A stretch of DNA of 64,000 bases from Tubulanus polymorphus (GCF_964204645.1 NC_134029.1:20826950-20890949), one strand, 5' to 3'; positions 1 to 12,029 are shown, counted from the stretch's first letter. The notes: generated from the sequence alone by a model not told the origin. Numbers and translations are program-made.

Positions 1-3000
1 AGAAATGACTAATAATATGGAAGCCGAAACTATTCGAGAGGTTGAGAGCTCGTATGAAGAACTGAAGTAAGAAAATGAGATGATTGACGATAATAATATC
101 GCTTTAAAGCAATGGAATCATTAACATTAATGAGCAAAATCCACAGTTGATGATTTAAGAATTTATTCTGACATTTCTGAAGTTTTGAATAAACTTCATC
201 GGAGAAACCAAAAACAGTTTTGATTTTCCTTTCTCTGATAATGAAGTTTAATAAAAACTTTGAAACTGCCAGAAAAAATTCTTAAATTATCAACGTTGGG
301 TTTCGTTCATTAACTCAGAAATACCGAGATTAACATCATTCTACCAGTCGGAATTATCAACACTTGTTTATGACATGAGTCAACATTGTTTACAATCTAC
401 TGTTGCCAGTATGTTTTTGAATTAATTGATAATGACGATTAGCTCGTATTTACTTACTGCAGGAATGTTAAGAAAAAAATAGCGACTGTTATGACCAGCA
501 TAAAGAAATTGGAGAAGTTGGATAGAACAATAGCGAGCATTTTGAAAAACTGTCAAACAGTTCGGGAAGTTGAAGAAGTGGTCAGTATTAAAGAAATGAA
601 TATCATTTACCAATAAAAAGCCTAGGTTAATCAGGGTATCCACAACTCCTTTATTTCTTAAAAACCTCTGAATGGAAAATGCTTTAAAACCTGAAACCTG
701 AAACTCCTTTAAAACTCATTCAATTTTTGTAAAAAGGCAATTGGAAATGTTAATAGCTGTACAGCGGACTCTGCCCAAATTGGTGCAGATTTATTCTCTA
801 ACCAATTAGGCAGTCACCAAATTATAAAACAAGTTAGAGTAGGTATAGAATTGAAATGTGCTTAACAACCCACCCAAAAAATATTTTACCAAGATAAACA
901 GTCCCGATTTAGGAGGAGTCTACTGTAATTGGGATATAAGAGTGGTTCAGACACTCCTCAAAATTTGAAATTTTCTGTTTTGAAACTTATATCAAGGAAT
1001 GACTAATCTGTAGGATCCCTGTTGATAAGTATCTTGATGATTTAATTTCAGTACGCTCCGTATAAACCAGGTTCTAAACGTTCATTAGCCGAACGTGCCC
1101 GTGAACTAGGTTTAGAAGATGTAGCGATGAATGTTCTTCGAAATCCACAAAGACAAGTAGATTTTTGCAAGTTTCTTCGAACCGGAACAAAAGGTTTGAT
1201 TTTTTAATCTAAAATGCAGTGACATCTGCATCAATGGATGAAAATTATAGATTTTGATTATGTATTCGCTTTAAAGATAATCCCTGTCAGATTTTATTGT
1301 CTGAATTTAGGTTAAGATAATTTAGATGGCATTCCCTTAATACGTTCAATATTTGTCGATAAATTTTGCGTTCAGGGCTTTCAACGATTGCTGAAATAAA
1401 ATCTGGGGTTCAGCACGTAATAGCGGATATCATCGCTAAGGATAAAGATATAATGAATGGATTACGAAAGTTGTAAGTTTGATAACCGTAACCTGTCATT
1501 TGTACTCAATAACTGTATAAAAAAAAGTAGCTCATTTTTTGTTGTACTGTTGGCCTAGTTTTGCTCATGCGAGTGTATCTTATTTCTGTTTAATGAAGAT
1601 TCGATAGCTCCTTTGTTCGGATTGAGTCTCATGAGTCTAAAACTGTAAAGAAAGGTGCATCGGAAGAGACAGCAAAAAGACCAGCGGCCAAAACGAAGTC
1701 TAAGACGGCCGTTCCGTCGAAAGAGACTATTCCGGAAGAAACTGCTGCAAAGTATCAGCAGTATTTTGACTTCAGCTGTAACCTCAAGCAAATCAAACCA
1801 CATCAGGTACCGGTATACGCTGTCGAAATCAGACTACTTGTAGTCTACCCTCAATATGAGGATTTAACTACAAAAATATGTTTAACTGACATTTCAGATA
1901 TAATACCTCTACCCGTCTTCAGGGATTGATTTGAAGAGAAAATGTTTTGATAAATCTCAGCAGATGGGTAGAAGCGTTATACCAGTTTTAAACCATCATA
2001 TCATGGGTCTTTTATAAATATTGTACAATTTGTTCATTCCTAAGGATTTGATGTATAGTAACTTAAACTTGCTTTATTTAGGTTTTGGCGCTAAATCGAG
2101 GTGAAAATAAGAAGGTATTGACAGTCAAAATCAACATTCCTCGACAAATCAAGGATGAGCTGTCGAACTTGGTCAAACGCAAATGGCATCACGTCGATAG
2201 AAATAGCATCGTTAGAGACAGCGTCGAAGATGCCTATAAGAGAATTATTGAACCGAGTTTGATTCGACATTCGAGGTAAGGTGGTGAACTGAACTGTGAA
2301 ACGATGTCAGTTTCAAGTCAGACAATGGATCTATTTGAATTATTTTTTGTAGAGCCGAATTGACGAAAGAAGCAGATAAAGCTTCGATCGATGTTTTCAC
2401 GAAAAATCTCTCGCGTCTGTTATCAATGCCGCCCGTACGAGGAAAAGTTGTCATGGGTCTTGATCCTGGATTCAAACACGGCTGCAAATTAGCTGTCACC
2501 TCTCCTTCGGGTATGAATGGTTTCTTAGCAGGTGCAAAAATCTACTAAAAATTTCTCATAATTTTCAAGTTGTATTGTATTTGATATTATGTAGGTCAGG
2601 TTCTGCACACTGAAATCGCCTACATTCATTCCACTAATAACAGATACGAACTAGATAAGATCATCAGTATTGTACAGAAACACCGGTTGGATTTTTCATT
2701 TATTCTCTTTACTTCATATTCTCCACGATATTTCTTTCCAATTCATTATGTGAAAACAGTAGCTTTGTTCTATTTTCAACAGGGTTCAAGTTATCGCGAT
2801 AGGTAATGGTACCGCTTGTCGTGAATCGGAAAACTGTATCTCGGATATGATTAACAAGAATGCATTTTACCCTTTAGATGTAGTGTACTGGTAAGCAAAT
2901 CTGACTTACGATATTACGTTTTATACAAGGTTTCATATTATCCATCAATGGATTACACGTTTGATATTGTAGTATTGTTAGCGAGAGTGGTGCATCAATA

Positions 3001-5124
3001 TACAGCGCTTCAGATGTTGCCAAAGAAGAATTACCCGATTTAGATATCAGTTACCGTGGAGCAGGTCTGCACGAATGATACCTTACAGAACCGTAACATT
3101 TTCTATATTCTGTAATATCATGAATCGATAATTTATTCAATTTTAGTGTCGATCAGTCGTAGACTGCAGGATCCTTTAGCAGAATTAGTCAAAATAGACC
3201 CAAAACATCTCGGTATCGGAATGTACCAGGTATTTGCGTTCAGAGTTTTTGACAAAGTATACAAGATTAGATGTACACATTGTGAAGTAATATATATGAA
3301 TCACGTTATTCTGTAGCACGATGTTCCTGAAAATAAGTTAAAATTAGCGCTCGGTAACACGATAGAAGACATCGTCAGTTTTGTCGGAGCTGATTTGAAT
3401 CTATCTTCGCAATATCTACTCAGGTAAATGAATTCATCGTATGTATCTATCTAAAGCCCGGCTACCTTTTCAGAAATTTGATACTTATCGATCTAGCAGT
3501 TCATTTTCTATTAGAAAATGTTTCTTCGAGTCCAAGTAGAAGAACGGTGATGAAGTTGTGTCAAATGTCCGAGTAGGTCCACAGAAGCGCACCCAGAGAG
3601 GAGTTTGGGGGTTTAAACCCCTTTTCTGACCAAGTGCTATTTTGAAAGTCACAGGGGAATAATTCCACTCGACATTGATCTATGTATAAAACAGTAAAAT
3701 GCACTAAAATTGCATAAGAATGTACCCAAATTTCAAAATTTTCTCGGGTAAAATCTCCCTTTCAGCATGGATCCGCCCTGGTCCACTCCATTATGATACC
3801 AGCATTAGTCTAGTGTATCTTATGTGTGTTCTACGGTTTTTCGGTCCTAGAGTAAACTAACATTTACTGTATTTCATTCAATCCACTTCAGACACATTGC
3901 CGGAATTGGACCGACTCTAGCCAAGCGAATTGTCGAACATCGCGAAAACATGGGCTTATTCGTCAACAGAGAACAACTGCGCAACGTCAAAGGCCTCGGG
4001 CCAAAAACGTTCAAACAATGCGCCGGATTTGTAAGAATTCTACCGCAATCGAGTCATCACGGCAACAATCACGATGAAGTTCATAGCGCTACGCTGGGTA
4101 GAAAACGTAGAATAGCAACCGACGATGGACCGAGATCGAAGAAGTCTAAGTTAGACGAGCTCATGAACAGAAATCCTTTAGATATGACTATTATTCATCC
4201 AGAGTCGTATGGATTGACACGAAAGTAAGTACGTTAACAAAACTTCACTTGAAATAGACTATTTTATGCGCATAATTTTTCTTACCAGGTATGTTCTTTA
4301 TTTTTTAAGGCTTTTAGATGAAATACCAGTAAGTTTGGATGAGATCGGGAATGCTCAGTTTACATCACAAATTCAAAGATTTATTGCCTTCAATAGTAAA
4401 TATAATTTCTTATCAACATGCATCGATTTTCACAGCGCTGATCTGGATTTAAAAATCGCAATATATTTATTTCTTTAGGTATGGAGAGCTTAGCCAAGAA
4501 ACACAATGTTGGAGAGCCAACAGTTTGTACAATATTGAATGCTCTGAAACATCCTATTGATTATGATCTTAGAGAAGGTACTAAAATTCTTTTAGGTTCA
4601 GTCTAGATTACCTGACTATTAGAGTTTAAGTGAAAATAACTATTTCCAGCTCACTTGGGACTTTTTAAGTCCCAGCAAGCTATTGCGTCTGCACTTTTCA
4701 TCTGTCCGTTGGTTAGTCCATCCGTAGATGGAATCAAGTTATTTTGGGAAGTTTTGAAAGACGCAGTAATGGATTGTCTTAAAATTTGGTTTACACATAA
4801 ATCTACTCAAAATGGGACCACAAATGCTTATTCAGGTGGTATTAATCTCTTTCAGAATTCGAGAAACCTTTGTTTAAGAAATCAGCTATGAGCATAGATG
4901 ATTTGAAGGTGAATTTGACGGTAACCGGTCGCGTTTCGAATGTAACTCATTTCGGCGCATTCGTCGATATCGGCGTCGGTATGGACGGTCTCATTCACAA
5001 CAGTCAAATGAAAGGACAGAAAATCCAACTGGGAGATCGAGTAGATGTCGTAATCTTAAGTGTTGACAAACAGCGAAAACGTATCGGCTTAAAGATCGAC
5101 AGAAATCGACCAAAAAATCGGTAG
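1..5124 (+). CDS. SRBD1: S1 RNA-binding domain-containing protein 1 (Tex/YhgF family), 5'-truncated by the window, 16 exons visible
   Basis: GT-AG exons approx. <1-66, 463-580, 1052-1193, 1376-1472, 1599(or 1608)-1806, 2082-2275, 2353-2510, 2595-2685, 2783-2890, 2973-3064, 3147-3229, 3317-3423, 3892-4224, 4310-4395, 4479-4577, 4856-5124 splice in frame. Tex motifs: [16 protein letters not shown], YqgF-like [61 protein letters not shown], Hh[29 protein letters not shown], and C-terminal S1 domain [24 protein letters not shown]. Confidence 0.95.
127..313. repeat. Imperfect inverted repeat whose two arms each contain a degenerate minimal hammerhead-like core (Penelope/retrozyme-like relic)
   Basis: Arm 127-207 is the approximate reverse complement of arm 230-313. 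Plus arm reads TTCT-CTGATAA-T-GAAGTTT-AATAA-AAACTTT-GAAAC-T-GCC-AGAA. A third homologous copy lies at 31041-31119. Confidence 0.55.
762..925. mobile_element. Tc1/mariner-type MITE in SRBD1 intron
   Basis: Ends CAGCGGACTC / GAGTCTACTG are imperfect inverted repeats, flanked by TA on both sides. Confidence 0.5.
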
Positions 5125-5674
5125 AAACCGAATCTGCAGTATCTGTGCAATCCATTATGCATACTACTTAGTATTAATTGTTATGAATCCTGGATTTCAG
5201 GGTATGATGTATTCACGTTTGCATTTCTTTGTTATCTTCCTCGTCTTTCAAAGAGAATTAAAATGTTTTTTTTAGTTTAATTCATGTTTACACTTCTAAG
5301 TAAAATCCTGCGGCAGAAAAACACTGACCTCACGAAGCTGTATCCACGCGATATAATCCTCATTAGATAGAGATGGAAAATACTATCGGTAAGATTTCTT
5401 AGAAAAATTCTTTATTTTACAATAGTTTAGTATTCCATAAACGCAATATGCAGATTCCGTATAAAAACGAACCTGCATTGACACAATAGTACGAGATACG
5501 ATACATGTAACATGATTCGTGAATAATGAGCTCTAATTATTTACACAGATACAAATCTTATTTCCCGAGCTCTTTATTTACGGTAATATCATTTATCACA
5601 AGATTTCCTTACACTACTTACAAAGTCAATCGATAATTTGGGATGTTATATTTTGAACGACCGACTGATAGGAT

Positions 5675-8600
5675 TTATCGTCTCGGTGGTGGATGACGGC
5701 CAGACATTCGAGGAGGCGGACCTCCGGATTGGGGTGCCGGTGGTTTATAACCCTGCTGCCCCTGATAACCGCCGCGACCGCCGCTGTATTGATTTTGATA
5801 TTGTCCGTACGGCTGAGGATTATTTCCGTATTGTTGGAACGGAGGTGGCGGCTGATTAGGAACGTGTTGACCTCTATTAGTTGGATATCCTCCGCCCGGT
5901 TGTGAATTCGGAGGAGGTGGATAAGGCTGTTGGTTGCCGGGGAAGCTAGGTCGCGGTCCACCGGGGTATTGTTGCGGTGGTTGTTGATTCGATGGCGGCG
6001 GATATGACTGACCGACCGGGTACGGTTGCTGATTACCGGAGAATGGTACAGCTTGATGATGATTGGGTGGTGGCGGTTTGTAATTAGGCGGCGGTTGACT
6101 AGACGGGTAAGCGGGATTTTTTCCAGCATTCGGAGGGGGCGGTGCCGGATACTGTTGTTGAGATCCGGTCGGATATTGACCAGTTTGTTGCTGATATCCA
6201 GGCGGATAGTTATAATGCCCTTGTGTCTGCGCCGGATATTGAGACTGTTGTTGAGGATATTGGTATCCGGCTTGCTGCGTGTATCCAGGTGGTGGATATC
6301 CCTGCTGTTGAGTGTATCCGGGCTGCGCGGTACTAGTCGGCTGGAAACCAGCTGCCGGTTGACTGTATTGTTGAACAGGCGCGGGTTGCTGTCCGGTAAA
6401 TGCGCTAGTAGGAGGAACAGCTGGGGGAGGCTGCTGCTTATTGGAACTGATTAACGTCTGAATAGATTGAGCACCTTCCGTCGACATGAACGAGTTCGAA
6501 TACATCTGAGTTGAAATGTAAGGATTTTGCGAGGAAAAAGTCTCTGGTTTCTTCAGTTGATAACCGGTAACGTCTAAACCAGGCTGAGTTGAAGGCGGTA
6601 GTGGTGGCTGAACTACATGCGGTAGAGGTGCTGGCATCGGAGGCAACTTCTTTTCTGTAAAAGCAGATAACACAATCGGGTTATCAATATTATCAATACT
6701 GATTGTTTTGCGCGTGCATATTTTTTTATATCGAAGCAAAAAGAGAAATTTGTGCAGGTAAAACGTATTGAAGCAGAGCAATTGCGAAATTCCTCTAAGT
6801 ACCGGTACATATAGCAGTGCCTTAATAAATAAGCAAATACAAACAACTATACATGATCTACAATACACTAACGTAACGTGGAAAGCCTGAAACCGAGCAA
6901 TGAGGTAAAAATCTAATCTAACCCATCCTCGCTTGCCAGGGTTTGATTGCCTCTCACATCAACGCAAACTCTGGCCGCAGTTCCTTCATTGGTCTATTAC
7001 ACCGCCCAAGAAATCACGGCGGACTGGTTGCCACTCAGTGGCTACCAGTCTATATATATCTAGCCCATCAGATGCATTGCATTGATAAAGCGAATTGACT
7101 GGCTTAATACAGAGTCTGGTGGCCACTGAGCAGCAACCTGTCGGCCAAAGTAATCATTGGCAAGGGTCTGCGGCCAAGGTTTGTGCTGGTGTGAGCTTTG
7201 GCGGGAGGCAATCAAACCCTGGCAAGCAAGGATGAATGTAACCATGCATATACACCATATCACACCCATAACATTCTTTTCAATACAATACAAAGAGTAC
7301 ATTCGTATAGAAGTAAATTAATTAATAGAAGCCTAATGAGATACACAATAGAATAGTCGAGATAGAACTCAAATGTGGGTAGGGAAAAATCAAAGCTACA
7401 ACATAGACACATATAATTAATACCTGCTGGAGGGGGAGGTGGTTGACTCGGAGGCTCTGGTTTAGGGACCTTTGCAGGAGGAGGACCTGTTATAGAAGTT
7501 AATGAAATTAAAGAATTCTGACTTTCAACGAAGGATGGGGAAAAGGTGATGCCTATTCCTATTAGATACGATCAAATACCATTTAATCATCTAAGTTTAA
7601 ACGTGCTAACGTAGCTGAACATACCTGGTTCTTGAGGGGTGGCAGGACGAGATTGTTTTGTTCCATTCTGCGAGTGTGAATCGTCGGGTAACGGAGGACC
7701 GGGGTAGTGCTGCTGTTGTGGAACGGGAGCGATAGGCGGCGATACCGTACGAGGCTTAGACGCCGGCGCGTCGCTCGTGTATAGATCTAATACTTGATGG
7801 CAGACATCTAGAAATATCAAAGACAAACTCATCAAATTGCTATCTTCTAATTTTTTTGGCAGTGGAATTACTAAGCAAATAAATGTACCTTCTAAGAGTT
7901 CTTTACTGGAATCTGGCACGAAGCACTCCCACCATTTCTCACCGGGCTTTTTACCGGACCAATCAGTTATTTCGAACTTCGATAATCGACTGGCCAAATA
8001 CAACAACGAAACTCCGATAATATCCGGTTCCCATTGTAGACTCAGCATCGTACACATACTGAAATATATCAAAGAAAACAAAATATGAACAGATAATGAT
8101 GTGGTATGGGCGGGAATCAGTATACATAATTTTTAAGAGTTTTTACCTGTCGTTGATAAATGTCCAAGCCATCTGAATCATACTATTAACCTTTTCCTTG
8201 TCTCCTATAAGCAAGGACACACGCATTCTTTAAATACTGAATATTCATATGAAGTGAGTCTTTTTTTCTTAGGTGAAGAGCAAGCAGAGAAAATAGCGAT
8301 TCACAAACCTTTGATGAATTTGGCATATTTCACGAGGTAGTGATATGGGTGACTGACTTGCAAGTCGAATTTGATAGTTTGAAGTAAAATTCTCTCCAAA
8401 GTCATCACTTCTTCCTAAAAGCACAATCAAAAATATGTTCCTTCGAAATATGAATAAACCAACAATTTCCAAATAAATAATTCGAAAAATTCCCTTAGTG
8501 AGATAAAATCACTTTTTGAAGGAAAAGGGAACTGTCGATATACATATGTCCTAACAAATGATTCTTGGAAAGTTCGAAATTCTGCACACATTTGTTATAT

Positions 8601-9699
8601 TCTAAAAAGATAATCATTTACCTTTGGGTCGTTTCCGAAGACAGCAAACTGTTCCCGAGTCAGCATTGAGCTGGCTGTCCTAATGATATCTTTACATTTC
8701 TTGGGAGTTTCTTCAACTTTGCCGGCCAAAAATAGACAGCAAGCTCCGGTTACCTACAAATACAAAGTAACCTGTAATGCACTGGGTCCAGTTCCACAGT
8801 TCCGAGTTGAGATTCAACTCTTGATGAACTAACTTTAACTCAGAGTTAACTAACAACTGTGGAACTGGGTCCTGATGTGTACTATACGAACATGATCTCA
8901 ATGAGAATGGTTGGGTATTCCAAACTAGAGTTAAGCCTAAGAGCTTATATCTAATACTTACGTATCTGTGGAAATTTTTGAAGGAATGGAACATGTAAAA
9001 CCTATGGAAATAGACGACTCCGGTGCTACAAGCATCGTACCTCCTGAGACATTCAGTTAAAGAAGTAAAATACTTATTTCATATCAAATGACATAAATTT
9101 TGCAATGTAGATAATTTCTAAGACCTTACAGATCAAACTTAAGCCTAGCGCACATCGACACTGCGATTGGAGACAACTAGTTGCAAGGCAGTTTTCGGCG
9201 CATGAGAGGAACTGGCTGGATACGATCAGTTGCTTGAACGTGTCGATGTGAGCGAGCTTGCGATTGGTAAACGTCGATCTATCTCCAGTTCAAGCCAGTT
9301 GCCCATGTTCTACTTTTGAGCAACTGGTTGTACTCAATCGCAGTCATATCCGTCGATGTGCGCGCTCTGGATCTCGACGATCGACACGCGCCATGCAGTT
9401 GCTGCAACTGACCGGTTGTATAGATTTCGATGTGCGCGGGGTAATCGTTCGGTAGCAACTAGTTGTCTCCAATCACAGTGTCGATGTGCGCTAGGCTTTA
9501 GAGGAACAACGATTAGAAAAGATTATTAGATATTTGGTTCTTCGCCTTTTGGAAAAGGATACAGCCCGAGTTTTGTTCCGCAGTCGATGATAAATCTTGC
9601 TCCCTCTTTGCGATACCTGGCCTCAGTTTCTGGGTCGATATTATCTTTATACGAAGGTGTATAACGCAGATCTTTCTTCTCGTAATACCAACACGGCAT
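5675..9699 (-). CDS. CCNK: Cyclin K (CDK12/13 partner), complete, 9 coding exons
   Basis: Exons (minus) 9699-9563, 9043-8962, 8753-8622, 8414-8309, 8204-8147, 8058-7889, 7807-7625, 7486-7424, 6654-5675. Translation [11 protein letters not shown]...[12 protein letters not shown]...[11 protein letters not shown]...[19 protein letters not shown]...[14 protein letters not shown]...AWTFINDS...LSLQWEP is the cyclin K double cyclin box, followed by a Pro/Gln-rich tail. Confidence 0.96.
6924..7234. mobile_element. MITE with ~30-bp TIRs and 9-bp TSD (Mutator-like) in last CCNK intron
   Basis: CATCCTCGCTTGCCAGGGTTTGATTGCCTC (6924-6953) vs GAGGCAATCAAACCCTGGCAAGCAAGGATG (7205-7234), one mismatch; flanks AATCTAACC / AATGTAACC. 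Confidence 0.75.
8785..8871. mobile_element. ~90-110 bp miniature inverted-repeat element, CTG-flanked (copy 1; copies also at 33335-33436 and 37155-37264)
   Basis: GGTCCAGTTCCACAGTT ... AACTGTGGAACTGGGTC with CTG on both sides; same termini and flanks in the two other copies. Confidence 0.7.
9044..9562 (-). other. U12-type (minor spliceosome) GT-AG intron of CCNK
   Basis: 5' splice site GGGCT|GTATCCTTTT (U12 consensus RTATCCTTT); branch site TTCTTTAAC (9064-9056) 12 nt from the terminal CAG; no polypyrimidine tract; splicing restores KLGLRYDA in frame. Confidence 0.9.
9142..9497. mobile_element. PIF/Harbinger-like MITE inside the U12 intron
   Basis: ~43-bp TIR AGCCTAGCGCACATCGACACTGCGATTGGAGACAACTAGTTGC with one mismatch at the other end; TTA target-site duplication at 9139-9141 and 9498-9500; internal TCGATGTG and CAACT/AGTTG subrepeats. 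Confidence 0.85.
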
Positions 9700-9867
9700 C
9701 TTCGACCTTGTTAAGAGAATTTGCTCGCTCACCGCTATCTGAAGAATCGAAAAATAATGTTGACATTCATTAACAATCAAGATGTTAAAAGTGTTAGTGA
9801 TATTGGTCGGTTGATACTGGATCCGTATAATCATTGCAATTAAACTAAGCGAATAGAGCAAAGACTA

Positions 9868-9890
9868 CCGGCAACACGGAAGTGAACAGT
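9868..9890 (-). promoter_or_regulatory. Probable CCNK 5' end with ETS-type motif and short non-coding first exon
   Basis: CGGAAGTG at 9877-9884; minus-strand donor CCG|GTAGTC near 9868 and acceptor TCTTCAG near 9740 upstream of the ATG. Confidence 0.4.
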
Positions 9891-10931
9891 AATTCCCTTC
9901 CATGAAGCTTTAACGGAGCAACATCCGAAAAGTGATGATAGCTATGAATATAATATATATTAGTCATCAATATTTACCTAGAAATGATCTTCTTTTCGAT
10001 AAAACAAAGCGTCAAATGTAGTTATGTTGGAGTAATTTCTTCATTCAGGATTTGGTCGCACTATGTATCAACAGAAACCGATGTTACGCAAAATGTATAC
10101 CGGCAGAAACCGATATGCAGTTTTTTCCTAGGTATGAATATACCAGAAGACAAGACTGGATTTTTGGGTGTTTTCCGATCCGTTGCTGATAGTCGAGAAA
10201 CCAAAAACGTTTTAGAATCTAATCACAGATCGAAATCGACTTACAAAAATTGCATTGTTTTATTCAAATACGGCCGGGAGGTAAGGAAAGCTGATTTTAG
10301 TACGGAATTCTCTACGAGCCGGTTCGAAATCGATCGTCTGGATATTCACGCTTGATGGCTTTTTCAGTGTGCTCAAACTTTCCCAACCTTCAACCTGAAT
10401 CAAGATAGCCACTGCAAAAAGAAACCGCAGTCGTTCATTTGGCCGTAAAAAGCAGTGCCGACTCTGGCTCTGATAGCAAAAGTCTGGATGGGGTTCTACC
10501 CACCTACGAGCAATTATGTGATAATGCAGATAATTAAGATAATTGCTCGTAGTACCCACGAAGACCAGTGAAAAAAAAACTACGTGGGTGCATCAGAAAA
10601 GTAACTTTATTTCCTCTGTCAATAGAGGATAATTAGATAACAATATTTACAGGACACATGACATGTTGTAACAGACATGGACATTTTCGCATGAACGCAG
10701 TCAGCTTTGCGGTATTGCAACTGCTCTGATGCAATCCAAACCCTAATTGGGTTCATAAGTCTATCTTATTTGGACCCATTGAATACCAAATAAGTTTCAC
10801 TCCAACAAAAGGCAAACAAAATGTTGAACGGCAGATATTTGGGAATCATTTTAAACAAGTATATGTGATTAACTATGTATTAAACACGGCAATTGAATAT
10901 AATCATTTAAATTCTCATTAGAAATGAGTGA

Positions 10932-12029
10932 TCACAATAAAGTTTCATTAATCTGAACTTGTGGCAGCGGTGTTTTGATTGTTCGGCCATTCTCTGGAAT
11001 CAGCTGCAACCTGCCGGTGCGCGGTCGATCACCCGAACCGGTATCGACCGAACGACGCTTCTCCAGACGATAGTCTATCGACCTTCGATCAAAACGATCG
11101 CCGCCGGCTCGGCCGGGGTTGAAAGTCAAATCGATTCGAGAACTCGCACGCGAAGGTGTTAGAAACAAATCGGCCCCGGTACCGGATCGCGATCTAGTCG
11201 ACAATCTGCTACTAGACCTGTTAAACAGACGACTGCGATTAATATCGGGGAATTCAATCAAAGAGGCGAGATCGTCCTCCTGCTCAGCCCACAGCGAACT
11301 AGAGGCATCGTAGCCGTCTAACTGGAAAAACTGAAGACCCATCACCAGGTCTCTGATATCGCTACTGTCCGGGCGTGTCGGGTGTCTCATCCATTCGGGA
11401 TCAGATCTTTTTCTGAATAAATCTACAGCTACTGACCATCGGAACATGTACCGAATTTTCTCTTGCGGGAAAAGCGATTGTCGCCCAGATGAGTCGCCAC
11501 CTAAACTATCCGAAAGCGGTGTCGCTTTACCCGTCCATTTTGCATCCCTCGGAGTTTTCCCGCCTTTCACTAACTCCGGTAATTTAGTCCCGTTCTTGAT
11601 CTTTTCTTTACCTTTCTTTTGTTGGCCCTTCGCGGCCGTGTCTTTTTTCGATTTTTGTTTCGGCACGTTTTTCTTCTTTTTCTGGTCTTTCATTTTCCTC
11701 GATTTCTGCGTAGGGATCCTAACGCTGCGATTCGATTGAGCGATGCTTCGCGTCGAAAAGCGAGATCGATTCGATACGCGACTGATTCCGGACACCACCG
11801 AAGTACGTTTTCTCGAGAAACGTTTGATCAGATTGCGAAAGTCGTTGGAATATTCGGTTTCGTCGTCGGAAGATTCTTCCTCCGGTGGACCTTCCACCCA
11901 TTCGCGTATATCGGCGATATTTTTCAAGAAGTCGGTGTGTAGAGTTTTGCGAAATGAAGAACTGTCTAGACTTTTCGACAGCTTCGCATCGCAGACAATG
12001 CTGTTTCGCAGATGCGGTAGCTTGAACAT
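10932..12029 (-). CDS. Uncharacterised 365-aa basic, Ser/Arg/Lys-rich protein (single coding exon)
   Basis: 1.1-kb ORF with the same CG-rich codon style as ADCY9/CBP exons; ACAATG start context; acceptor TTTTTTTCAG ending 12062, candidate donor AAG|GTAGG at 13724; AATAAA on minus at about 10606-10611. No family recognised. Confidence 0.75.
   Translation of the reverse strand: MFKLPHLRNSIVCDAKLSKSLDSSSFRKTLHTDFLKNIADIREWVEGPPEEESSDDETEYSNDFRNLIKRFSRKRTSVVSGISRVSNRSRFSTRSIAQSNRSVRIPTQKSRKMKDQKKKKNVPKQKSKKDTAAKGQQKKGKEKIKNGTKLPELVKGGKTPRDAKWTGKATPLSDSLGGDSSGRQSLFPQEKIRYMFRWSVAVDLFRKRSDPEWMRHPTRPDSSDIRDLVMGLQFFQLDGYDASSSLWAEQEDDLASLIEFPDINRSRLFNRSSSRLSTRSRSGTGADLFLTPSRASSRIDLTFNPGRAGGDRFDRRSIDYRLEKRRSVDTGSGDRPRTGRLQLIPENGRTIKTPLPQVQINETLL

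Noticed and set aside
1-5124. Bacterial Tex gene / horizontal transfer or contamination
   Set aside because: Sixteen spliceosomal exons; SRBD1 is the normal animal Tex homologue.
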